NCBI GenBank assembly: GCA_030747035.1
Contig: JASLLM010000002.1
Location: forward strand, 1 to 61,387
Direction of reading: 5' to 3'
Source of the DNA: Alphaproteobacteria bacterium
GTDB lineage: Bacteria; Pseudomonadota; Alphaproteobacteria; GCA-2731375
Length of the DNA stretch: 61,387 nucleotides
Shown here: in pieces, positions 17,040 through 27,502 of the stretch
How positions within the stretch are numbered: position 1 is the stretch's first letter
Layout of the letters: every line of letters begins with the position of its first letter
Position numbers and translations under genes: made by a program
The notes under the pieces: model-generated
Databases searched by the model: none
The model's input: only the letters and a program-made list of their open reading frames with translations
What the model was told of the DNA's origin: nothing

Positions 17040-18673
17040 ATTTGCCGAAAGGCCCATTTGATGACACTGCCGGCGGCTTGCGTTGTCGTGGAAAGCACGA
17101 TCTGCTGACTTCGGCGTATACGATCAGGTTGACCCAGATAGACGGATTCCTCCATCGAGATCTCGGCGCCACCGGCGCGAAACCGCCAGCCCTTACCGTC
17201 CCCCAATCGAAGCAGAACAGCCGACCCACCCTGAACGGCGGAGGCTCTTACGTCCGGATGCAGGTGAAACCGCACTGCAACCGCGCGCCCAGCGGTCTCC
17301 TTTGATGATCCAGATTGGTTCTCCGCATCCAAGCGGTCTTCACCTCTGACGTCCGCCCCAGAAGCATCCAAATACAGACGCCGGCGATGAGTAAGGCCAA
17401 AACGTTGGCGATAGCCGTCATGATGCAGTTCCAGCCAGGTGTTGCCCAATTCGTCCTCGTGGCGGCGGCAATGCAGGCGTTCAGGCCCGGGGCCAAAGTC
17501 ACCAGTTGCCGTGATCGGCCAGGCGTTCGCATTCACCAACTGCAGTGTTGAATGGGCAGCAGTCGCCCGGGCTGCCGCGCGCCAGTCCGTGCTGCGCCCG
17601 CGACCGCTGCCACAGTTGACAACCAAACGCCGCTTGCCGACGGACAGTTCGAAACAGCCGCCGCCCGCATGGGCTCGCCGTCCCCATTCCCCCGCCGGCG
17701 GCGCGCCGGTATCGGCCAAAAGAACCGTACTGCCCGCCGTCAACCGTTGAAAGCCGGATTGATTGGCGCTCAACAACGCCTTGCCTCTCACTCCGGACCG
17801 GGTGAGGGTAATATCGACAGCATCACGGCTTTCTTCGAAGGCACCGTTAATCAGTACAAGGCCCCCATCGCCGTGGCGCAACCCACGCAACATGGGCGCC
17901 ATATGATCTATCTTGGCTTGCAGCCATTGCGGAACAGATCGGCCGGAATCGCTTAATGCTTCACGCAGCCCGATAAGTTGCCGTAACACCGCCATCAGAT
18001 CCGAAGGTGAGCGGCTGTAGTAACCGCCGTCCGACAAGGTCTGGCTCGAGATCAAACTTTCGATCTGCATCAAGGCCTTTCTTGCCACGTCATCTTCATC
18101 GGGCAGAGCCATGGCGCCATATACAAGACCCAGCAATCCCGCCAATTGCTCGGCGCCGCCTGACTCATCGCCATAAGTGCGCTGAAGGTGCTGCCATTGC
18201 ACGGCGAAAGAACCACGATAGGCGTCGGCAAAATCACTGTCCGCCCCGCGCAACATGAAGCGGCCATGGTTCAACCACGCCATTAACCGCTGCCCAAGCA
18301 CACCCGGGGACCAGGTAATGGGGTCAATGTCGTCACATAAATCTATCCATGAACGAACCAGCCGGCGGGCATGCGCCAGCGCCATTTCGCCGCCCGAGGC
18401 CTCGAAATGGCGGAGCCAGGAAAATCCATGCAGTTCGGCCAGCCACTCGCCATCGTCGGGCCGCAATCGCCAGGGCGGCTGATTTGGTGCGCTGGCCTCC
18501 CGGCCCGCAAAGCGATACCGGCCTCTAAACAACTCATCAGCTTGTTGCGGATCGCCAGGCCAAGGATCATTGGGCAGGAACGCCAACTGCTCGATCTGGC
18601 GCCGTTCCAGGGTAAGACGATACAGGCGAGTTCTATAACCAGCGTTCTTCAGCCTCACCCAGCCATCGTTCAT
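17036..18673 (-). CDS. Heparinase II/III-like protein
   Basis: LHGFSWLRH, LVVNCG, RATAAHSTL, HDGY, RFHLHP; usual neighbour of rpe/rsmB. Confidence 0.85.
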   Translation of the reverse strand: MNDGWVRLKNAGYRTRLYRLTLERRQIEQLAFLPNDPWPGDPQQADELFRGRYRFAGREASAPNQPPWRLRPDDGEWLAELHGFSWLRHFEASGGEMALAHARRLVRSWIDLCDDIDPITWSPGVLGQRLMAWLNHGRFMLRGADSDFADAYRGSFAVQWQHLQRTYGDESGGAEQLAGLLGLVYGAMALPDEDDVARKALMQIESLISSQTLSDGGYYSRSPSDLMAVLRQLIGLREALSDSGRSVPQWLQAKIDHMAPMLRGLRHGDGGLVLINGAFEESRDAVDITLTRSGVRGKALLSANQSGFQRLTAGSTVLLADTGAPPAGEWGRRAHAGGGCFELSVGKRRLVVNCGSGRGRSTDWRAAARATAAHSTLQLVNANAWPITATGDFGPGPERLHCRRHEDELGNTWLELHHDGYRQRFGLTHRRRLYLDASGADVRGEDRLDAENQSGSSKETAGRAVAVRFHLHPDVRASAVQGGSAVLLRLGDGKGWRFRAGGAEISMEESVYLGQPDRIRRSQQIVLSTTTQAAGSVIKWAFRQI

Positions 18674-18694
18674 GACGTCGTGCTAATCCCAACT

Positions 18695-19363
18695 CTATTC
18701 CATGGTCGCCCGAAGGCCCTTGATATTGGCCGCATAGCGCTCAGCACCGCCGGTAAAAGTTGCTGAGCCGGCAACCAACACATCAGCACCGGCGGCAACA
18801 ACGGTGGCTGCGTTCTCCGCGTTAACACCGCCATCGACCTGCAAATCAATCGTGCGCCCGGTCGTATCAATAAGGGACCGCAATCGGCGCACTTTATCCA
18901 GCTGCCCCGAAATGAACGATTGCCCGCCAAAGCCTGGATTTACGCTCATTACCAAGACAAGGTCCAAATCTTCCAGCAACGGCTCCACCGCAGCGACAGG
19001 TGTACCTGGGTTTAGCGCCAAACCGGCGCGCGCGCCTTGATCCTTGATCAACTGCACGGTCCGGTGCAAATGGGCACCGGCTTCGGCATGGACTGTGATG
19101 ATATCTGCACCAGCGGAGGCAAAATCAGCGATGTAAGGATCGACCGGGCTGATCATCAAATGCACATCGAACGGCAGTTCGCTATGGGGGCGAAGTGCGG
19201 CAATCACAGCCGGTCCAATTGTCAAATTAGGCACGAAATGGCCGTCCATGACGTCAATATGAATATAATCAGCGCCGGCCGCGCTCACGGCTCTAACTTC
19301 TTCACCCAATGCGGCAAAATCAGCGGACAAGATCGAAGGTGCAATTCGGGTTGCTTGTTGCAT
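18695..19363 (-). CDS. rpe: Ribulose-phosphate 3-epimerase
   Basis: [36 protein letters not shown]. Confidence 0.97.
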   Translation of the reverse strand: MQQATRIAPSILSADFAALGEEVRAVSAAGADYIHIDVMDGHFVPNLTIGPAVIAALRPHSELPFDVHLMISPVDPYIADFASAGADIITVHAEAGAHLHRTVQLIKDQGARAGLALNPGTPVAAVEPLLEDLDLVLVMSVNPGFGGQSFISGQLDKVRRLRSLIDTTGRTIDLQVDGGVNAENAATVVAAGADVLVAGSATFTGGAERYAANIKGLRATME

Positions 19364-19420
19364 GGCCGCTAGGTAGCAGTTTGCCGTGTTGGCCGCAAGC
19401 CAATCAGGGCCCGCACCAAG

Positions 19421-20716
19421 TCAAACGTGCCGTACCAGACGGGAAGCAAAAAAGCCATCCATTCCACCCTGGTAATGAGGCAATGTCCGCATTTCGCCAT
19501 GGGGTGTAATCAGTTCATAGAGACCGTACAATTCCGCGGCATCTATGGGCTGCCGCGCGATGGGCGAACCGGAGGCCAGCAAAGCCTCGATCCGTTCCTC
19601 GCCCTCCTCCGGCTGCAGCGAACAGGTGCAGAAAACCAATATCCCGCCAGGCGCCAACATTTCGACTGCCGCCTTCAGCAGTTGATCCTGCAGCGCTGCC
19701 ATGCCCGCCGCATCCCTGGCGGTACGCAGGTGCCATATATCAGGATGCCTGCGAATGGTCCCCGTCGCGCTGCATGGCGCATCCAGCAATATGAAATCAA
19801 AGCGTTTTGACGGTTGCCATTTCAGTGCATCCGCAATGACCGTCTCCGCCCGCAAACCTAGGCGATCCAAGTTGGTTTGCAGCAGCGCCATTCTTTTCGG
19901 CGCATTGTCAATCGCCGTTACCCGCGCGCCCAACGCCGCCAATTGAGCGGTCTTGCCCCCCGGTGCAGCGCAAAGGTCCAACACTTCCCGGCCTTCCACT
20001 TGCCCAAACAGGGCTACCGGCAGCGTCGCGGCCGCATCCTGGACCCACCACTCCCCCTCCTGAAAACCAGGCAGAGCCTGGATTATCCCACCCGGCCCCC
20101 GGCGCAGACTGCCCGTGGCCAAAACCTCCCCCTGCAAATCCTCCGTCCATTTTTTGGCGTCTGATTTGAAACTCAGATCAAGCGGCGGTTCCTGCAACAT
20201 GCTTGCAACCATCCGCTCGGTCGTTTCTTCGCCATAAGCCTCCACCCAAGTCCGCCAAAGCCAATCCGGACAATTCAGCCGCAATTCATTCTGCTCAACC
20301 AAAATCGATGATGCTTCGCGGGTCAAACACCGCGAAACCGCGTTGACCAGGCCACTGAGATGGCGTTGTCGCGGCCCCATGAGGCGCACCGCACCATCGA
20401 CCACTGCATGATTAGGCGTGCCCAGAAACATGGTCTGGGCGGCGGCGAGACGAAGAGCATTGCGGGCAGCCTGTGCCGATCGGTTCAAGGGCTTGTCCAG
20501 GCAGCGTGCGATGGCATCGTCAATCTGGCCCAGACGGCGCAGCACGGTCACTACCAGCAAGCGGGCGAAGGCGCGATCCCGAGGTGCGAGCGCCGCCAAG
20601 CGCCCTCCAGGCTCCAAATCATCCGCCAGAGCCTGATCCAGCATTTGCCCCCGTTCCAGGATGCGCGCCAGCAGCCGCATGGCGGCGGCTCGTGATCGGC
20701 GCCCGCTATCGCTCAT
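19421..20716 (-). CDS. rsmB: RsmB/NOP (Sun) RNA m5C methyltransferase
   Basis: NusB-like N-terminus, DLCAAPGGKT, DAPCSATG, CTCS. Confidence 0.9.
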   Translation of the reverse strand: MSDSGRRSRAAAMRLLARILERGQMLDQALADDLEPGGRLAALAPRDRAFARLLVVTVLRRLGQIDDAIARCLDKPLNRSAQAARNALRLAAAQTMFLGTPNHAVVDGAVRLMGPRQRHLSGLVNAVSRCLTREASSILVEQNELRLNCPDWLWRTWVEAYGEETTERMVASMLQEPPLDLSFKSDAKKWTEDLQGEVLATGSLRRGPGGIIQALPGFQEGEWWVQDAAATLPVALFGQVEGREVLDLCAAPGGKTAQLAALGARVTAIDNAPKRMALLQTNLDRLGLRAETVIADALKWQPSKRFDFILLDAPCSATGTIRRHPDIWHLRTARDAAGMAALQDQLLKAAVEMLAPGGILVFCTCSLQPEEGEERIEALLASGSPIARQPIDAAELYGLYELITPHGEMRTLPHYQGGMDGFFASRLVRHV

Positions 20717-20818
20717 TCAAATCTTTCCCTTCAGCTAGCGCTTGTTGATCGTGGCTGGTAGGTTCAGGTCCAACGGATGTGTAACATAGTCGGAATTGCC
20801 GCGCGGGAGATACAATTG

Positions 20819-20983
20819 ATGGCATCAGAAGCGACTGATTCTAGAGAATCCGACGACAATAAGGCCGAGCCGGCCTCGGACAAAGAAAAGCGGAAGCCTG
20901 CAAAGGAAATCGGCGGTCCCAAGGGCCTCGAACCCACCCGCTATGGGGATTGGGAACGCAAGGGCATCGTTTCTGATTTCTAG
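20819..20983 (+). CDS. DUF1674 / SDHAF4-like small protein
   Basis: EIGGPKGLEPTRYGDWERKG..SDF. Confidence 0.9.
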   Translation: MASEATDSRESDDNKAEPASDKEKRKPAKEIGGPKGLEPTRYGDWERKGIVSDF

Positions 20984-21113
20984 CAAATAGGCCCTTCGCA
21001 CAATTACATCTTCGTTAGCAAATTCTTGGCATTTTTCAGGTGCGACGGTCGCAATGCCGGCGCGGAAGCCCTATACAGGCAAGCAAGTCATCTTCAAAAG
21101 GTGGAGATACCGC

Positions 21114-22469
21114 ATGGCGCAAAATTCGGCCGATACGGCCAACGACCTCAATCTGCTGTCCGACCTGGTCACGAAGGCGACGCGTGCCGGTGCAGATGCC
21201 GCCGACGCGGTTTTGTTCGAATCCGCCTCGCTCGAAGTCAGCTATCGCCTCGGCGCCCGCGAGGATTTGGAGCGCTCGGAGAGCAAAGACCTGGGCCTGC
21301 GCATCTTTATTGGCCAGAAGCAGGCGATCGTATCCTCTACCGATATGTCACCCGACAGTCTAAATGAACTGCTCCAAAGGGGTTTGGCAATGGCCGCGGC
21401 GATGCCCGATGATCGCTATTGCGGCCTCGCCGATGCGGATCGATTGTGCACCGACATCCCCGATCTGGATCTAAACGACGACGCCGAACCAACGCCCGAA
21501 TCGCTGTATGACATGGCGGCCGAGGCCGAAACGGCGGCCCTGGCCGTCGAAGGCGTCAGCAATTCCGAAAGCGCGGGGGCCAGTTGGGGCCGCAACCGCA
21601 TAGCCCTGGTCACCTCGACTGGCTTTGCAGGAGGCTATTCTGCCTCCTCCCATTCATTGTTCGCATCCGTAATAGCGGGCGAAGGCACGGGAATGGAGCG
21701 GGACTACGATTTTACTTCGGCCCGCCATGGCACCGATTTGCAGGCGCCGGCGGAAATAGGTACGGCCGCCGGTGAACGCGCGGTCAGGCGCCTGAACCCC
21801 CGCAAGGTTGAAAGCCAGCAGGTTCCGGTGGTCTTCGACCCACGGGTTTCTCATTCCTTGCTGGGGCATTTCGTTGGCGCCATCAGCGGCAGCGCGGTCG
21901 CGCGCGGTACCTCATTTCTGAAGGACAGCATGGGCGAGAAGGTATTTGCGCCGGGCATGACTATTGTCGATGATCCGCATCGGCCGCGAGGCTTAGCATC
22001 GAAGCCATTCGATGGGGAAGGCGTGGCAAACCGGCAGTGGCAACTGGTTGAAGACGGCGAACTGACGACCTGGATCATGGATTCCGCCTCCGCCCGGCAG
22101 TTGGGTTTGGCGACCACGGGCCATGCCAGCCGTGGCACTTCTGGCCCGCCATCGCCGAGCACCACAAATTTGTACATGCAACCCGGCACCAGTAGCCGTG
22201 ACGAACTGTTGGCGGGCATCACCTCCGGCCTCTATGTCACCGAACTGATCGGCTTTGGCGTTAACGGCGTTACTGGTGATTACAGCCGTGGCGCGGCCGG
22301 ATTTTGGATCGACAATGGAACCCTGGCCCATCCCGTGTCGGAACTGACCATTGCCGGCAATCTGAAGGACATGTTTTTGAATATCACCCCCGCCGACGAT
22401 TTGACCTTCCGCTATGGCAGCAACGCGCCAACCCTGCGCATTGACGGTTTGATGGTGGCGGGAACGTGA
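21114..22469 (+). CDS. pmbA: TldE/PmbA family protein
   Basis: MERDYD, PFDGEG, VTGDYSRGAAGFWI, TIAGNL; GGAG RBS. Confidence 0.92.
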   Translation: MAQNSADTANDLNLLSDLVTKATRAGADAADAVLFESASLEVSYRLGAREDLERSESKDLGLRIFIGQKQAIVSSTDMSPDSLNELLQRGLAMAAAMPDDRYCGLADADRLCTDIPDLDLNDDAEPTPESLYDMAAEAETAALAVEGVSNSESAGASWGRNRIALVTSTGFAGGYSASSHSLFASVIAGEGTGMERDYDFTSARHGTDLQAPAEIGTAAGERAVRRLNPRKVESQQVPVVFDPRVSHSLLGHFVGAISGSAVARGTSFLKDSMGEKVFAPGMTIVDDPHRPRGLASKPFDGEGVANRQWQLVEDGELTTWIMDSASARQLGLATTGHASRGTSGPPSPSTTNLYMQPGTSSRDELLAGITSGLYVTELIGFGVNGVTGDYSRGAAGFWIDNGTLAHPVSELTIAGNLKDMFLNITPADDLTFRYGSNAPTLRIDGLMVAGT

Positions 22470-23272
22470 GCCAACTGGAACAAGACCACGCACTGTTGCT
22501 GGAAACGGTTCGCGAGGGCGGCGCCTTGGCGCTCAGCTACTTTCACGATGGTGTTAAGCATTGGAAGAAAGGTCCCGACAATCCAGTGTCCGAGGCGGAT
22601 CATGCGGTGGATGACCTGTTGCGGGAAAAACTCTGTGCCGCACAGCCGACATATGGCTGGCTGTCCGAGGAAACCGAAGACGATCCCACAAGGCTGGATT
22701 GCGACAGCGTCTGGGTGGTCGACCCGATCGACGGCACCCGCGCCTTTATCGAGCAGCGGGAGGAATTCACGGTTTGCGCGGCCCTAGTGCGCAACGGGCG
22801 GCCCGTGGCCGGTGCCGTGTACAATCCGGCCACCGAGGAATTCTATGATGCGCTGCTGGGTGGTGGTGCCCGCCTGAACGGCAAGCCTATTCATGTGAGC
22901 GCCGCGACCGATTTCGAGGGCGCGCGCCTGCTGACCGGCAGATACATTTTTCAACAGGCCCGCGCCGGGGAAAAGCCGCGCAACGTAACACTTCACATGG
23001 TCAACTCAATCGCCTACCGCATGTGCTTTGTCGCCGAGGGGCGCTACGATGCTTGTATCTCGCTATCGGGTAAGTGCGATTGGGATATCGCTGCGGCGGA
23101 GTTAATTTTGGCAGAGGCAGGCGGCATCAATACCAACTCCCATGGCCAGGATTTCAAGTACAATCAGACGGATACAAGGCACAAATCGGTCATTAGCGCC
23201 GGACCAGCCCTGCATGCACATATTCTTTCATTTCTCGATACCATAGAGCGTCCATACGGATCGCAATGGTAA
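22466..23272 (+). CDS. Inositol monophosphatase / CysQ-like nucleotidase
   Basis: WLSEE, VDPIDGT, WDIAAA. Confidence 0.88.
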   Translation: MSQLEQDHALLLETVREGGALALSYFHDGVKHWKKGPDNPVSEADHAVDDLLREKLCAAQPTYGWLSEETEDDPTRLDCDSVWVVDPIDGTRAFIEQREEFTVCAALVRNGRPVAGAVYNPATEEFYDALLGGGARLNGKPIHVSAATDFEGARLLTGRYIFQQARAGEKPRNVTLHMVNSIAYRMCFVAEGRYDACISLSGKCDWDIAAAELILAEAGGINTNSHGQDFKYNQTDTRHKSVISAGPALHAHILSFLDTIERPYGSQW

Positions 23273-24483
23273 CCATGCCGGCGGCACGGCACCGGCGGCA
23301 CGTCCTGGGCGCCTCGTGCACGACCCATTTCATTCATGATGGGTTCTCCGACCTGATAATTCTGCTGCTGCCGGTTTGGCAGGCGGAATTCGCACTGAGC
23401 CTCAGTCAGGTCGGTGCCATATCCTCGACTTATTCAGGCGCCATGACAATAGGCCAGTTGCCCGCCGGCCTGGCCTCGGAACGCTGGGGCGAAAGGCGCA
23501 TACTGGTCGCCGGCACGGCCTTGGTTGGGCTTGGATTTTGCCTGCTGGGTATCGCCGGCGGGGCTTTTGGCTTGGCCTTGGCATTGGCGCTGGCCGGCAT
23601 TGGAGCCAGCACACAGCATCCTTTGAACTCGACCATCGTCGCCCGCGCATACGAAGATGGACCACGGCGGGCGGCGTTGGGGATCTACAATTTTTCCGGC
23701 GATCTGGGAAAAATGGCGGTTCCGGGCCTGGCGGCCCTGGTTTTGGCAACCATGGACTGGCGCTATGTCACAACCGGATATGGTGGTTTTGGCATTGTCG
23801 CCGCGGTCGGAATTTTGATTGTTTTCGGGTTTCTCAAAGTCGGCGGCAGGCCCAGGAACGTACCGTCAGGTAATAGCGATGGTCACGGCAGGACAAGTGA
23901 TTGGGGCATTCGTCAGCGCAAGGGATTTGTACTGTTGTCAGCCACCTCGATGATTGATGGCGCGGCCCGAGCCGCTTTCATGACCTTTCTGCCTTTCCTG
24001 TTGATCAGCAAGGGCGCGAGCATCGAAACCGTGGGTTTCGCATTGGTCCTGGTATTCGCGGGTGGCGCGGCGGGCAAGCTGGTATGCGGCTTGATCGCCG
24101 AACGCCTGGGCATCGTGCGAACCGCCGTGCTGACCGAGTTGGCCACGGGCGGCGGCATATTGTTGCTATTACCCCTGCCGCTAACGGCGGACCTGGTCCT
24201 TCTGCCGGCTGTCGGCCTTGCCTTAAACGGCACCTCGTCGGTCCTCTATGCCAGCGTGGCAGAGTTTGTCGCGCCCGAACGCCATGGCCGTGGTTTCGGT
24301 CTGTTCATGACCCTGACCATCGGCGCCTGGGCCATATCGCCCACCATATTCGGTATCCTTAGCGACCTGAACGGGGTGCCGAATACACTGGCCATCGTCG
24401 GGCTATTCGCGCTGACCACGGTGCCGTTGGCCCTGGCCCTGACGGGCCCATTGGCCGCCGCTAACGATAGTCAATCGGCGTAA
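23266..24483 (+). CDS. MFS transporter (Fsr-like)
   Basis: About 12 hydrophobic segments; GLASERWGERR motif A. Confidence 0.88.
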   Translation: MVTMPAARHRRHVLGASCTTHFIHDGFSDLIILLLPVWQAEFALSLSQVGAISSTYSGAMTIGQLPAGLASERWGERRILVAGTALVGLGFCLLGIAGGAFGLALALALAGIGASTQHPLNSTIVARAYEDGPRRAALGIYNFSGDLGKMAVPGLAALVLATMDWRYVTTGYGGFGIVAAVGILIVFGFLKVGGRPRNVPSGNSDGHGRTSDWGIRQRKGFVLLSATSMIDGAARAAFMTFLPFLLISKGASIETVGFALVLVFAGGAAGKLVCGLIAERLGIVRTAVLTELATGGGILLLLPLPLTADLVLLPAVGLALNGTSSVLYASVAEFVAPERHGRGFGLFMTLTIGAWAISPTIFGILSDLNGVPNTLAIVGLFALTTVPLALALTGPLAAANDSQSA

Positions 24484-25387
24484 CGTATTTCGGGTCGTCA
24501 TGGGCGTCCCAGTACATCTGGCGTAGGCGCAAGGCCAACGGGCCAGGCGCACCGTCACCGATGGGTGCTCCATCGAGGCGGCTGACCGGAATCACGCCAC
24601 CGGCCGTGCTGGAAATGAAGATCTCGTCCGCGGTGCGTAACTCGGCCTCCGTCAAGGTGCCCACATCGACCTTGACGTTGAGGGACTCTGCCAGTTCGAT
24701 CACCGTCATTCGAGTGATTCCCTTGAGCACGCCGCTGTCCGGCGTTACCAGCCGTCCGGATAAGCTGGCGAACAAATTGAACCCGGGACCCTCGGTAATA
24801 TTGCCCTTGCCGTCGGTTAGCACCGCTGTCTCGCCGCCACGGTCAAAGGCCTCGTACAGGCCCTGCACCATGTCACCCCAATGAAAATTCTTGACGGTCG
24901 GATCAACGGATTCAGGCGAAATGCGCGGCACGCTGCTGACGGTCAAATGCAAGCCCTGCACCTGCTTTTCCGGCGGTGCGATCCAGATATAGGGAACCGC
25001 GAAGGCATAAAACTGATTTTCGCAGGTTCTAGGATCACGTCCGCCCGGCGGCGGCGTACCGCGGGTCAGAATCATTTTCACATAGGCTTCGCGCAATCCG
25101 GCGCGGCTGACGCATTCGGCCAGGATCGCGGACATTTGGCTCCGGTCGAAAGGCGATTGCATATGCAGCTTGTCGATGCCGCGAAAAAACCTGTCCAGGT
25201 GGTCCGCCAGCCGGAAGAAGCCGCCGCCCCAGACGGCAACGACGTCATAGGTCACATCGGAATGCAGGAAGCCATAATCGGTTATGGGTATCCGCGCCTC
25301 CCCGATGGGCACGTAGTCGCCATCAATGAAAGCCGCACCATCGGCGAAAGGATTGTCGTCTTTCGGCAAGGCTTCGATCTGACTCAT
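24461..25387 (-). CDS. Fold-type IV PLP aminotransferase, (R)-amine transaminase-like
   Basis: GFLHSDVTYDV, DPTVKNFHWGD, TEGPGFNLF, LKGITR, SSTAGG. Confidence 0.88.
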   Translation of the reverse strand: MSQIEALPKDDNPFADGAAFIDGDYVPIGEARIPITDYGFLHSDVTYDVVAVWGGGFFRLADHLDRFFRGIDKLHMQSPFDRSQMSAILAECVSRAGLREAYVKMILTRGTPPPGGRDPRTCENQFYAFAVPYIWIAPPEKQVQGLHLTVSSVPRISPESVDPTVKNFHWGDMVQGLYEAFDRGGETAVLTDGKGNITEGPGFNLFASLSGRLVTPDSGVLKGITRMTVIELAESLNVKVDVGTLTEAELRTADEIFISSTAGGVIPVSRLDGAPIGDGAPGPLALRLRQMYWDAHDDPKYVTPIDYR

Positions 25388-27471
25388 GACATCCTCCTGA
25401 TCCATATCCGGTTATCGTGGAAGGCGGCGCCACCGACGGGCGCCACCGGGTCCGCCCCCGTCAATACATTGATGCCCTTGCCGCCGGCGAAGGCCGCGTT
25501 CGGCCAAATGCTCTCAACCACAACCACGCCCCGCTGCAGGCCAGCGAATACTTCCACAGCAATCGGCAATTCACCTCGGTCATTGCCCAGCTTCACGATA
25601 TCATCATCTCCGACACCCAGTTCGGAGGCATCATCGGGGTGGATCATGACCGTCGGCTTGCCTTCCCGGGCGATCGAGGTTGGTGTCTCGGTGAAGGAGG
25701 AGTTCAGATAATTGCGGGCGGGCGCTGTCACCAGCCGGAACGGCATCGCCTCGGTCGCTTCCTCGATCACCGGCCAATGGTCCGGAAGCGCAGGCATCTG
25801 GCCAATCAGTTCTTCCGATGCAAAGCCATGGGGCAGCACCTCTCGCCATTTCGGCGCAAAGCGGAATTTTCCGTCTGGATGGGCGAAACCATCAAGATAA
25901 TGGGCATCGGAAAATTCCGGCTGACAATCGATCCAACGTTGCTGCCGCAATTCTTCTGCGTCGCCCCAACCGGATGCCTTCAGCGTCGCATCGATCAATT
26001 CCCAGGGCGTCATCTCAAAACCAGGATGTTCGGCCCCCAGCCGCTTGGCCAGGCCATTGATCAACTCGTGGTTGGAGCGGCACTCACCGGGCGCCTCGAC
26101 TACCTTTGGCCCCAAGGTGATGTATTGGTGGCCACCGCCCTGGTAGACGTCATCATGCTCCAGGAACATAGTCGCGGGCAAAACAATGTCCGCCGCCTGG
26201 GCGGTCTCCGTCATGAACTGTTCGTGTACGCAGGTAAACAAATCCTCGCGCGCGAAACCCTGGCGCACCAGATTATGATCCGGCGCCACGCGCATGGGGT
26301 TGGTGTTCTGAATGAACAGCGCGGTCACGGGCGGGCCATCGCCCAAGGCCTCCCCGTCACCGGTCAGCACCGGGCCAATGCGGGATTGATCCAGCACCCG
26401 AACGGATGGGTCTAGAACATCAAGGCCTTCGATCAAGGTCTTGTCCCAGTGATAGATGGCGCCGTTGTTATGGAACGCGCCTCCGCCTTCCTCCAGCCAG
26501 GACCCGGTGACGGCGGCGATGCAGGATGCGGCGTGCATATTTACGACGCCGTTGCGCTGCCGGGAAAACCCATAGCCCAGGCGAAAAAAGGTCTTGGGCG
26601 TCTCGCCAACCAGCTTGGCAAAGGTCTCTATATCCGCCGCCGGCACGCCCGTGATGGCCTCCGCCCAGGCCGGCGTCCTATCACGCAGATGCGCCTCCAA
26701 CTCGCCCGGGCAATCCGTGTATTTCTCCAGATAGGCGCGATTGGCCAGGCCATCGCGGAACAGAATGTGCATCACCGCACATGCCAGGGCTCCGTCCGTT
26801 CCGGGACGCACGCACAGAAATAGATCGGCCTGCTCCGCCGTGCCGTTGCGATAGGTATCAATATGGACGATCTTCGCCCCGCCCCTGCGGGCGTTGGCGG
26901 CGTGGGTCATGACATTGACCTGGGTGTTAACCGGATTGGTGCCCCAAATCACCAGGCAATCCGCTTTCGCCATTTCCCGGGGATCGGCGCCCGCCAGGCG
27001 TCCGGTGCCGGCGATGAAACCATTCCAGGCCGAAATCACGCAGATAGTCGGATACATGCCGGAATATTTCTTGGCATGGCGGAGGCGTTGAATGCCGTCC
27101 CGCATCACCATGCCCATGGTGCCCGCGTAATAATAGGGCCAGACCGTCTCGGATCCATGTTTCTGCTCGGCCTTCAGCAAGGCTTCCGCCACCTCGTCAA
27201 GGGCATCATCCCAACCTATCGAGACGAACTCGCCCGCATCCCTGTCGCCGGTGCGCCGCAAGGGCTGCATCAGTCGATCCGGATGATGGATCCGTTCGGC
27301 ATAGCGCGCGACCTTGGAGCAGACCACGCCGGCCGTGTAGGCGTTCTCCTTGGCGCCCCGCACCCTGCCTATGGTCCGGGCATCCAATTTCTCGACTTCC
27401 AGCGCACAGGTCGATGGACAATCATGGGGGCAGGCACTGAAACAAATTTCCGGTTTGGCGTTCATGGACAA
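25384..27471 (-). CDS. Molybdopterin (bis-MGD) oxidoreductase, uncharacterised cytoplasmic type
   Basis: CPHDCPSTC..C Fe-S motif, YYYAGTMG, RPGTDGAL, ADIVLPAT; no Tat signal. Confidence 0.9.
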   Translation of the reverse strand: MSMNAKPEICFSACPHDCPSTCALEVEKLDARTIGRVRGAKENAYTAGVVCSKVARYAERIHHPDRLMQPLRRTGDRDAGEFVSIGWDDALDEVAEALLKAEQKHGSETVWPYYYAGTMGMVMRDGIQRLRHAKKYSGMYPTICVISAWNGFIAGTGRLAGADPREMAKADCLVIWGTNPVNTQVNVMTHAANARRGGAKIVHIDTYRNGTAEQADLFLCVRPGTDGALACAVMHILFRDGLANRAYLEKYTDCPGELEAHLRDRTPAWAEAITGVPAADIETFAKLVGETPKTFFRLGYGFSRQRNGVVNMHAASCIAAVTGSWLEEGGGAFHNNGAIYHWDKTLIEGLDVLDPSVRVLDQSRIGPVLTGDGEALGDGPPVTALFIQNTNPMRVAPDHNLVRQGFAREDLFTCVHEQFMTETAQAADIVLPATMFLEHDDVYQGGGHQYITLGPKVVEAPGECRSNHELINGLAKRLGAEHPGFEMTPWELIDATLKASGWGDAEELRQQRWIDCQPEFSDAHYLDGFAHPDGKFRFAPKWREVLPHGFASEELIGQMPALPDHWPVIEEATEAMPFRLVTAPARNYLNSSFTETPTSIAREGKPTVMIHPDDASELGVGDDDIVKLGNDRGELPIAVEVFAGLQRGVVVVESIWPNAAFAGGKGINVLTGADPVAPVGGAAFHDNRIWIRRMS

Positions 27472-27502
27472 TCACTCCTCAGCCTCATGATACCACATTG
27501 CG

